A stretch of 64,000 bases of DNA. Source: Thermoproteota archaeon. GTDB taxonomy: Archaea > Korarchaeota > Korarchaeia > B14-G2. The notes beneath the pieces were generated by a model. The model was not told the DNA's origin. It made no database searches and saw nothing but the letters and a program-made list of their open reading frames with translations. Shown here piece by piece: positions 29,071 through 37,183 of this stretch; position 1 is the first letter of the stretch, and each line of letters starts with the position of its first letter. The stretch is taken from assembly GCA_037917675.1 (NCBI GenBank), contig JAVCBW010000034.1, positions 20,489-84,488 of the forward strand, read 5' to 3'. The position numbers and the translations under genes were made by a program.

Positions 29071-29719
29071 GCTTACACCAGTCTACAACCATGCCAGCAC
29101 TTAAAAACATAGCTGGCAGAGCTACAAAGCTTAAAGCAGGAGCTGGCCTACAGCTGGCATGCTCAAGGTCACAGGAGAGAAGCTCCCAATCTGATGGAGA
29201 GGGTACTTGTAGAGAGCGAAGCTGACGGAACCCATCCTATCTCCTTCGCTTGTGGAGGGATCTTCTACACATAGCTCACTTAAGCTCTCACTCATCAGCT
29301 AGCCCTGCTATCTTAGAGGTCAGAGCTGGCTAGGCTCCTCAACACTATGGCTTGCATCAGCTCTAGCAGATGAGAGAGTAGATGGCATGTTTACTCTATA
29401 GGAGCCGATGAGAGGAGGCTGAGAAGGCTCCCGAGAGCCTTAAGCAGATGGGGCTAGCAGGCTACATGGAGGTGGTGCCCAGAGATGTGAGAGCTGCTAT
29501 AAGAGGCCTCCACCTACTACTCAACTTAGCCTTCATAGGTGGAGGGAAAGAGGAGTACAGCGCCCATCTACGACTCCTGTCAGCTAGGCTCAGGAGGGGG
29601 TCTGCTGGCTCACAGCGTGATATCACCACACATGAGCTAGCAGGCTTTCTCAGGGAGATGACAGAGGCACGCTGCTGGATGACGACGATACTACCAGCTG
29701 GCCAAGCAGGCATAAGCTG

Positions 29720-31522
29720 TCAATCAAAGCCTACTGAGCTCTTCGCTACACGTAGGATGTCAGGGAGTGCTTCTCTAACCTTAGCTATGTCTCTGTAGTA
29801 GGGGCGGTCTTCCCTTATCGGGAGGCCTATCAGCCTCCCTATATGGCTGTAGGCTGCTCCTGTCCCTGCTCCGAGGCTGCTGGCGCTCAGCTCTGCTGCC
29901 TCCAGCCTCAGCGATATAGCCTGAGAAGCGTTTAGCAGCTCTATTGCAAGCACCGTCTTCGCGTTCTCTAGGATCTCTCTAGCCTTCAAGGCTGCAGTCA
30001 TGCTCATACTCACATAGTCCTCCTGGTTGGCTGATGTCGGTATGGTGTCTGCTGAGGCAGGGTGTGCTAGCACCTTGCTCTCTGATGCTAGTGCTGCAGC
30101 AGTATACTGTGTTATCATGAGCCCAGACATCAAGCCGCCTCCCTCTATGAGGAATGGTGGCAGCCCCCTGTTTAAGGTAGGGTCAAGTAGCCTGAATGTC
30201 CTCCTCTCTGAGATCATGCTCACATATGTCAAGGCTATTGCTAGCGTGTCTAATGCGAGAGCTAGAGGCTGCCCATGGAAGTTTGCTCCAGAGATGACCT
30301 CCATGCTCTCTGGGAGGACCAGAGGGTTATCGCTTACAGAGTTTATCTCGACTTCAACTATCTTCCTAGCGAACTCTATGGCCTCTCTCAGCGCGCCATG
30401 CACGACTGGAGCACACCTTATCGAGTAGGCGTCTTGTACTCGCCCTAGCTCAGCTCTCGTGAAGTCCATGTCTGAGAGGATCTTCTTAGCCTCGCTAGCA
30501 GAGCACATGGCTAGCAGCCTATTCTCTCCTTCAGCATGGACTCTGATCCCTGCTTTAATGGATATGGCTTCAGCTAGCTTAGCTGAGCTCACACCTAAGG
30601 CTGAAAGCAGCCTCCTACTCACCTCAAGCTTAGCTCCACCAGGAGCCTCCTCGAGCTCAGTGAGCTCAGCTAAGCTGAGCCCCATCCTCCTCAGCATAGG
30701 ATCTGAGCTTGCCCCTACAAGCCTGCTTCCAGCTAGGAACGCTCTAGCTAGCCTAGCGCTCTCCACCTGCCCGCTATGCGGCCTGAGCTCATGTAGCCTG
30801 CTGTCAAGGTGGTCTGTTGGCGAGAGGAGGGCCTCCATGGTCATCGCAAGCGCTAGGTCAGCTAGCTCAGCTAGAGCCTGGCTCTCATGGAGTAGGAGGC
30901 ATGCTAAGCCTGCTGTAGCCTGCGTCCCATTGTTGAGTGCAAGCCCCTCCTTGTAGCTGAGCTCAAGAGGGCCGCCGACCTCTCTCAGAGCACTCTTCAG
31001 CTCCTCTCCTCGGACTCTCCTACCTCTCCAGTAGGCTTCCCCCTCCCCTATCAGAGCTAAGGCCATGTGGGATAGAGGAGCTAAGTCTCCACTTGCTCCA
31101 ACAGACCCCCTCTCAGGGACAACTGGAACCAGATCCCTGTTGAGGGCTTCGGCTAAAACCTCTAGCACATGATACCTGACACCAGAGTAGCCTCTAGCAA
31201 GAGTGTTTAGCCTCACTAGCATCATTGCTCGAACAACCTCTCTAGGAAGCTCTCTCCCAACACCAGCTGAGTGGCTGAGGATCATGTTCCTCTGGAGCAA
31301 GCTAGCCTCCCTAGAGCTGACCCTGCTTTCAGCAAGAGCACCAAAGCCTGTTGTAACCCCATATACGACAGCTCCCCCCTCAACTAGCTCAACTAAAGCC
31401 TTCCACGCCTCCTCAACCCTCTCCCGCACCCCCTCAGCTATCTTGACCTCAGCTCTCCCATAAGCAACATCTACGACATCTCTGATGGTTAAGCCCTCTC
31501 CACTCACAACCACAGCCCTCAA
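29720..31522 (-). CDS. hutH: Histidine ammonia-lyase (MIO enzyme) with about 85-aa internal insertion
   Basis: 600 aa; MIO-forming GASGDLAPLSH; NNGTQ; VQDAYSIRCAPVVHG; TTG start. Confidence 0.85.
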   Translation of the reverse strand: MRAVVVSGEGLTIRDVVDVAYGRAEVKIAEGVRERVEEAWKALVELVEGGAVVYGVTTGFGALAESRVSSREASLLQRNMILSHSAGVGRELPREVVRAMMLVRLNTLARGYSGVRYHVLEVLAEALNRDLVPVVPERGSVGASGDLAPLSHMALALIGEGEAYWRGRRVRGEELKSALREVGGPLELSYKEGLALNNGTQATAGLACLLLHESQALAELADLALAMTMEALLSPTDHLDSRLHELRPHSGQVESARLARAFLAGSRLVGASSDPMLRRMGLSLAELTELEEAPGGAKLEVSRRLLSALGVSSAKLAEAISIKAGIRVHAEGENRLLAMCSASEAKKILSDMDFTRAELGRVQDAYSIRCAPVVHGALREAIEFARKIVEVEINSVSDNPLVLPESMEVISGANFHGQPLALALDTLAIALTYVSMISERRTFRLLDPTLNRGLPPFLIEGGGLMSGLMITQYTAAALASESKVLAHPASADTIPTSANQEDYVSMSMTAALKAREILENAKTVLAIELLNASQAISLRLEAAELSASSLGAGTGAAYSHIGRLIGLPIREDRPYYRDIAKVREALPDILRVAKSSVGFD

Positions 31523-31758
31523 AACACCACCAAAAACCCTCTATCACAGCACCTTATAACTGAGGCCCTAGCTCCAGCATCCATGTTAGCTTTAGCATCA
31601 GCCATAGCTCACACTAAAGCTGATGGCAGAAGGCATGGGGAGTACTCTCCATAACTGCATGTAAGCTATGCTGCACCCTTAGCCTCAACTGTAACCTGAG
31701 CATCCAGAGGCCTTATATAGTGCCCTAGGACGCTAAAGAGACGTGGACGAGAAGCTAC

Positions 31759-32345
31759 GTGTGTCGCCACCCCTCAGCTGAGGGATCAGAGTGGAAGCTG
31801 ATAGCTCCATGTGGCCTCTACTGTGGTGAGTGCACAGCCTTCCTCAATGGAGAGTGTAGTGGATGTAGAGCTGGTGTTGGGCTAGCTAAGGAGTATAGGA
31901 GGCTTTGCAAGATTGCCAAGTGCTCTGAGAGGAAGGGTATCCAGGTCTGCATAGACTGTGATGAGTTCCATGTAGGCTCTTTGAGCTCTTCAAGTCTGAG
32001 GATCTAGAGTCTAGTGCTTGGCTCCTAGATGTGTGGGTTAACATGAAGCAGGTCAGGAAGCTAGGGATATCAGAGTTCCTGAGCAGGAGGAGAAGCCGGG
32101 TTGAGGAGAGGAAAGCTTGTGCTAGGAGCATGGGAGTCAGCTTCTGTGACGAGTGTGAAGACTGGCCATGCGACCTGCTAAAGAGGCCTGTACTAGCCCC
32201 CATGGACCTCAAGCTGTTCGAAAGGCTCATGGGGGCACGAGGAGCCCTAGCTGAGCAGAGCTACGAGGTATACCCAACATTTCCAGCGTGTAGGAGCATC
32301 ATGGAGGTAGCCTGCCATGCCAGCTCTCTGAGCTCATCTCCATAG
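31759..32345 (+). pseudogene. DUF3795-like Cys-rich protein, reading frame broken by an apparent 1-nt deletion
   Basis: ORF 31759-32007 (CGLYCGECTAF...CIDCDEF) continues in the -1 frame as PCRLFELF... into ORF 32031-32345 (CDECEDWPC); break at the CC run 31968-31969. Confidence 0.5.
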
Positions 32346-32516
32346 CTCACTTACACCATAGCCTCTCAGAGGCCTGCGAGGCCATCTCGCAGCTACAGCT
32401 GCTGATCACAGGGCCTCAGCAATGTGGGTCGAGACAGCAGACACTAGCAGCATGCTTGAGTTAGGTGCCGAGTGGGTCCTCTGAAGCCTTTAAGCTGCTT
32501 TGGTAGCCTAGAAAAA

Positions 32517-32527
32517 TTTTAATTATA
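32517..32527 (+). promoter_or_regulatory. TATA box (TTTTAATTATA) of tRNA-His
   Basis: Centre lies about 27 nt upstream of the first tRNA nucleotide (G-1 at 32549). Confidence 0.55.
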
Positions 32528-32548
32528 GCTTAAGCTAGGTCTAGTTGC

Positions 32549-32636
32549 GGCCGGGGTGAGGTAGCCTGGTTAGCCTGGGGGCCTGTGGAGCCCCAAGCCC
32601 GGGTTCAAGGCTATAGAGAGAGTCCCGGCCCCGGCC
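32549..32636 (+). tRNA. tRNA-His (anticodon GTG) with encoded G-1 and a roughly 13-nt intron in the T-loop
   Basis: Hand-folded cloverleaf. Acceptor 32550-56/32629-35; D-arm with A14 and G18G19. Anticodon stem GGGGC/GCCCC with loop CTGTGGA. T-stem CCGGG 32599-603 / CCCGG 32624-28 encloses 20 nt instead of 7. G-1 (32549) sits opposite discriminator C (32636). Confidence 0.8.
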
Positions 32637-33047
32637 CATGCTGCTAGCTGCCTCCCAAGCTTAGCTGAGCACTTAGATCTACCTCATGCAGCTACCATAG
32701 CTATGACACCGCTAGTGGCGCTAAGATATGGGGTTAGAGGTGGTTTTCAGGCTGAACTCGCTTCAGAGGCTGTCAGCCTACTAGGCATCTAGCCTCTATC
32801 ACAAGCTGCTTGGAGAGGGAGCTATAGCCCTAGTCAGCACCTTGCTTCAGCTTCCAAAGAGCTACCTTGGTCTGCAGGCTGGGGTGTAGTATTGAGAGGT
32901 GAGCTGAGGTAGCGTAGGAGATGGTGCTTCAGCTGAGGAGTATTAGCTGAGTGCTTTCATAGGTCAGCTCCAGAGTGGGCTTAGGCTGCTCTAGCAGCTC
33001 ATGCAGCGTGTATATGGCTTTTGCTGTTGCTTGGCTCAGCTGGCAAC

Positions 33048-33057
33048 CTTTAAATAA
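33048..33057 (+). promoter_or_regulatory. TATA-like box (CTTTAAATAA) about 170 nt upstream of hisS
   Basis: Only TTTAAA-type box between tRNA-His and hisS; implies a leader of about 140 nt. Confidence 0.3.
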
Positions 33058-33220
33058 GCTGCCTGAAGCCTCCAGGTGGGGTTGGTATGCTGCCAGCTTC
33101 TAGAAGGTTTTCCCTCTCAGCTGTAGTAGCCTCTAGTCTAGGAGGTTTTTGGGTTCATAGCTGACGGAGGCTGCCAGAGGAGGTTTCTGCAGTCAGGGAG
33201 CCTAGCTTGGAGGTGTCTGT

Positions 33221-34843
33221 TTGAGCAGGGTGTTTAAGGCTCCACGTGGAACTAGGGACTTTACCCCAGAGGAGATGGCTAAGCGTAGCTATGTTGAGAG
33301 GGTCATCAGGAGGGTCTTTGAGAGCTATGGGTTCCAGCAGGTTCAGACACCGATCTTCGAGGCATTCGCCCTCTTCGCTCTGAGGTCTGGTGAGGAGATA
33401 AGGAGCAAGATGTTTGTCTTCACAGTAGACGGAGAGGAGATGGCTCTGAGGCCAGAGGTGACGGCAGCAGTCTGCAGGATGGTCTCCTCAGGTGAGCTAG
33501 ACCTGTCTAAGAAGCCTCTCCGCCTATACTACATAGGGCAGTGCTACCGCTATGAGGAGCCTCAGGCAGGCAGGTATAGGGAGTTCTGGCAGGCTGGAGT
33601 AGAGCTCATGGGCTCACCTAACCCTGAGGCTGACGCTGAGGTCATAGCTCTAGCTGTAGACGTGGTGAGGAACCTCGGGATAAGAGGCTTCGAGCTGAGA
33701 GTCGGAGACATGCGTGTCATGAGAGGCCTCCTAAGCGAATCAGGTGTGCCAGAGGAGGCTCAGAACAGGGTGATAAGCTCTCTGGATGTGCTGGAGAGCA
33801 GCATAGAGAAGCTCTCGCTCTACGCTGACAGGCTCAGAGGCAGCGGAGAGCTTGCTAGAGAGGAGCTAGCTGACCTGGGCAGGAGGCTTGATGAGCTCAG
33901 AGCATGGAAGGAAGAGGAGTATAGGAAGATGTCCTCTGGAGAAAGCGAGCTGCCAGCTAGCTTAGAGCCTCTCCTGGAAGTCGACCCCCTAGTATACAGG
34001 GTGAGGGAGCTATATGAGAGTGGCAGGAGAGAGGAGCTAGCTGAGCTCATAGAGAAGTCGATCCGAGAGCTCAAGGAAGCCCAGAAGGCAATGTGGGTCT
34101 ACTATGGAGTAGAGTATGAAGATGGAGTGGAGGTGAAGAGAGCTAAGCTGAGCACCAGCACAGCTGAGGCTCTCCTCAAGATGATGGACCTACATGGCCC
34201 AAGAGACAGCGTGCTAGATGCTGCCAAAAGCATACTCTCCAGCTATCCCTCAGCTCTAAGAGCCTTAGACGCATACAGAGAGGTCCTAGACCTGCTCCCA
34301 CACCATGGGGTAGAGGAGTATGTTGCTGACCTCAGCATAGCTAGAGGCCTAGAGTACTATACTGGGATAGTCTTCGAGATCCACTGCCCATACCTAGGCG
34401 CTCAGAAGCAGGTCTGTGGAGGAGGACGCTATGACAAGCTCGTAGAGGAGTTCGGTGGCCCGAGCATGCCAGCTACAGGGTTCGCCTTAGGATTCGATAG
34501 GCTAGTCTTAGCTATGGAGAAGTCTGGTGTGAGGTTTCCGCCACAGAGGAGAGCAGATGTCTATGTGGCTGCACTCTCAGCTAACATAGTCCCATATGCC
34601 ATAGAAGTCTCCAGGAAGCTCAGGGAGGCAGGGGTAAGAGTAGAGATGGACACTATGAGGAGAAGCATCAGGGAGGCGCTTTCCTTTGCATCCAAGATGG
34701 AGATGCCGTTCGTAGCGATCATAGGTGAGAGGGAAGCTGCTGAACACAAGGTCACCTTGAGGATCATGGGTGAGAGAAGGCAGGTCACACTCACCCCAGA
34801 GGATGCAGCTAGCCTAGTAGCTAGCAGGGTGGGATCACGGTAG
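33221..34843 (+). CDS. hisS: Histidyl-tRNA synthetase with enlarged insertion domain
   Basis: 540 aa; KAPRGTRDF, motif 2 YRYEEPQAGRYREFWQ, RGLEYYTG, GGGRYD; TTG start preceded by GGAGGTG. Confidence 0.9.
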   Translation: MSRVFKAPRGTRDFTPEEMAKRSYVERVIRRVFESYGFQQVQTPIFEAFALFALRSGEEIRSKMFVFTVDGEEMALRPEVTAAVCRMVSSGELDLSKKPLRLYYIGQCYRYEEPQAGRYREFWQAGVELMGSPNPEADAEVIALAVDVVRNLGIRGFELRVGDMRVMRGLLSESGVPEEAQNRVISSLDVLESSIEKLSLYADRLRGSGELAREELADLGRRLDELRAWKEEEYRKMSSGESELPASLEPLLEVDPLVYRVRELYESGRREELAELIEKSIRELKEAQKAMWVYYGVEYEDGVEVKRAKLSTSTAEALLKMMDLHGPRDSVLDAAKSILSSYPSALRALDAYREVLDLLPHHGVEEYVADLSIARGLEYYTGIVFEIHCPYLGAQKQVCGGGRYDKLVEEFGGPSMPATGFALGFDRLVLAMEKSGVRFPPQRRADVYVAALSANIVPYAIEVSRKLREAGVRVEMDTMRRSIREALSFASKMEMPFVAIIGEREAAEHKVTLRIMGERRQVTLTPEDAASLVASRVGSR

Positions 34844-36030
34844 TGAATATAGCTGTAGTAGGGGAGGCAAGCTGTGGCAAGTCGATGCTCATAGGAGCTC
34901 TCCTCCATAGCCTCAGAGAGGTCCCAGATGGGTTCGTGGAGAGGCTCAGGAGAGAGTCTAAGGCTGTGTCTGGAGAGGACAGGGCCTACGCCTACCTGCT
35001 AGACAAGAGCATGGAGGAGAGGAGGCTAGGCCATACGCTTGAGGTTAAAGCCTGCAAGCCACTAGAGCTCCATGGCACCTCAGTTAGGCTAGCTGACACA
35101 CCTGGCCTCGAGAGAGGTGCTCACGGACTCATGTCAGCGTTGATGCAGGCTGATGCAGTCTTAGCTGTAGCAGACCCGACATCACATTCTATAGCTAAGC
35201 TAGAGGACTCTCTCATGACAGCAGCTCTCCTCTCAGTAGACCAGTGTATAGCTGCTATATCCAAGATGGATGCTGTAGGCTACTCAAAGCATGCATATGA
35301 GTCTACAGCACTGAAGATCGAGAGGGCAGCTGATTCAGCTGGCATAGTCCTCAAGGCTATAGTCCCAGTGTCAGCTAGGGAGCTCGAGAACATAGCTGAG
35401 CCAGGAGGGAGGATGAGCTGGTATAGCGGCCCAACGCTAGCTGAAGCTCTAGCTGAGCTGAGAGAGCCAGAGAGGCACCTAAGCCTCCCAATGAGGCTCC
35501 CAGTCCAGAGGTACTATGAGAGGCCAAATGTGATAGCAGGTGTGATCGCTACAGGTGTAGCTAAGGTAGGCATGGAGATCGTGCTAGCTCCATCAGGTGC
35601 CAGAGGGGTAGCTGAATCCATTGAGTCATGGGGCACTAGGCTAGAGGAAGCTGAGGCAGGTGAGGATGTTGGAGTCAAGCTCAGGGGGGTAGCGAGATAC
35701 CAGGTGAAGAGAGGCTTCCTAGCTGGGCCAGCTGACAGCCCACCTAAGTCAGCTAGAGAGCTCACTGCCAGAGTGCGTGTCAAGGTGCCTGAGGCCATCA
35801 GGCCTAAGAGGTCTCTGATGGCATATGTCCACCAGGCTAGAGCTCAGTGTAGGATTCTAGAGGCAAGCCATGAAGGAGAACACACTCTGCTCAAGCTTAG
35901 AGTAGAGGATCCACGCCCACTTCCAGTAGACGAGCATATGCCTGTAGTCAGCAGGATAGCTCTCAGAGCCCAGCTGAAGGAGTCATCTAAGACTGTAGCT
36001 GGAGGAGTCTGCACTGAGGTGGCAGAGTGA
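34843..36030 (+). CDS. Divergent EF-Tu/EF1A/SelB-like translational GTPase paralogue
   Basis: 395 aa; G1 GEASCGKS, G3 DTPGL, G4 SKMD, G5 VSA; domain II-like GVIATGVAKVGMEIVLAP; GTG start overlaps the hisS stop (TAGTG). Confidence 0.7.
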   Translation: MNIAVVGEASCGKSMLIGALLHSLREVPDGFVERLRRESKAVSGEDRAYAYLLDKSMEERRLGHTLEVKACKPLELHGTSVRLADTPGLERGAHGLMSALMQADAVLAVADPTSHSIAKLEDSLMTAALLSVDQCIAAISKMDAVGYSKHAYESTALKIERAADSAGIVLKAIVPVSARELENIAEPGGRMSWYSGPTLAEALAELREPERHLSLPMRLPVQRYYERPNVIAGVIATGVAKVGMEIVLAPSGARGVAESIESWGTRLEEAEAGEDVGVKLRGVARYQVKRGFLAGPADSPPKSARELTARVRVKVPEAIRPKRSLMAYVHQARAQCRILEASHEGEHTLLKLRVEDPRPLPVDEHMPVVSRIALRAQLKESSKTVAGGVCTEVAE

Positions 36031-36357
36031 AGGCTACGCTGAAAGCCTACACCTACATGGAGCTCATGAGGTGGTGTTGGATCAGCCCCTAGAGCACAGA
36101 TGGCTCCATTAGAAGGTCTGCTGGCAGAGGATTCGTGGCGAGGCTGAGAATATAGCTAGAAGCCTCCAGATAAGAGATTCGTCAGCTCTAGCAGAGCTCA
36201 CCTCAGCAGGGTCAGCCATAACGCCAGCTCTCTAGAGGAGGGTGAGAAAGCATACAGGATAGCAGAGCGCTCAGCGAGCAGCCACATGTGATAGCTTCCA
36301 TGCAGATGAGGCCTAAGCTGAGTAGCATGGGGTGCTGAGGGCTGCATCCAGCTTGCT

Positions 36358-36948
36358 CTAGAGCAGCCTAGCAGGCCTCCTGAGCTTCGGCTCAACAGGC
36401 TTATATGGATAGGGTTCTCCTAGCCTATCTAAGCTAGCAAGCTCACTGACGTCTCTTCTAGGCGTAGCGCTTGGCTTCTCAGCTGGGTAGCCAACCGAGA
36501 TTATCGCTACTGGTATGAGAGGGCGTTTCGCGCCAACAGCTTCAAGAACAGCTTCATCGCTAAAGGCTCCAACCCAGCATGTGCCGAGCCCAAGGCTTGT
36601 GGCAGCCAGCATGGCGAACGTAGCAGCTATCGTAGCATCCTGGATGCAGTAGAGCACTTCACCACGGCGCCCATATCTCACTCTAGACCTCTCAGGGTTA
36701 GCTAGGAAAACGAGGTCGACTGGAGCTTCAGCTATAAACCACTGCCCGAGAGCAGCTCTAGCCAGCTTAGCTCTAACACTCTTATCTCTCACGACAACTA
36801 TCTCATAGGCCTGTAGGTCTCCAGCAGAGGGCGCTGAGTTAGCTGCCTCCAATATGAAGCTGACAGCTTCATCAGAGACTTCCCTATCAGAGTATGATCT
36901 GACAGACCTCCTAGATGCAAGCACATCCACAAACTCCAAGCACATCAC
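36358..36948 (-). CDS. Nitroreductase-family FMN oxidoreductase
   Basis: 196 aa; RRSVRSY N-terminal motif and family-typical length. Confidence 0.8.
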   Translation of the reverse strand: MMCLEFVDVLASRRSVRSYSDREVSDEAVSFILEAANSAPSAGDLQAYEIVVVRDKSVRAKLARAALGQWFIAEAPVDLVFLANPERSRVRYGRRGEVLYCIQDATIAATFAMLAATSLGLGTCWVGAFSDEAVLEAVGAKRPLIPVAIISVGYPAEKPSATPRRDVSELASLDRLGEPYPYKPVEPKLRRPARLL

Positions 36949-37183
36949 CTACAGCCCACAGCAGGTCTCCAGCTGACAGAGGCTACCACCTGGGTAGGAG
37001 CCTCAAAGTCAGACTCTAGCCCCCTTATAAGCATTCCCTACAGGCGCTACATGCAGCTGACACCCAGGCAGCATCTCAGCTGGAAGATAGGCAGCTGCTA
37101 AGATCGCTGCAGCTCTAGCCTGCTGGCTGCATCTAAGCTAACGTTTTAATGTGTAGCCCTCATGTGATCTCCTGCGGTGTCGT

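Noticed and set aside
29448-29798. 116-aa plus-strand ORF (and 83-aa minus-strand ORF 29462-29713) in the hutU-hutH spacer
   Set aside because: It contains several CGN Arg codons, has no recognisable motifs, and overlaps the hutH 3' end by 79 nt. It is left uncalled, but the spacer itself is flagged as a finding.
30459-30956. 165-aa plus-strand ORF, together with 30027-30428 and 31203-31463
   Set aside because: All are antisense to hutH, whose MIO and catalytic motifs are clear, so they are shadow ORFs.
32640-33220. Integrated-element remnant (att site) downstream of tRNA-His
   Set aside because: I found no direct repeat of the tRNA 3' half and no integrase fragment by eye.
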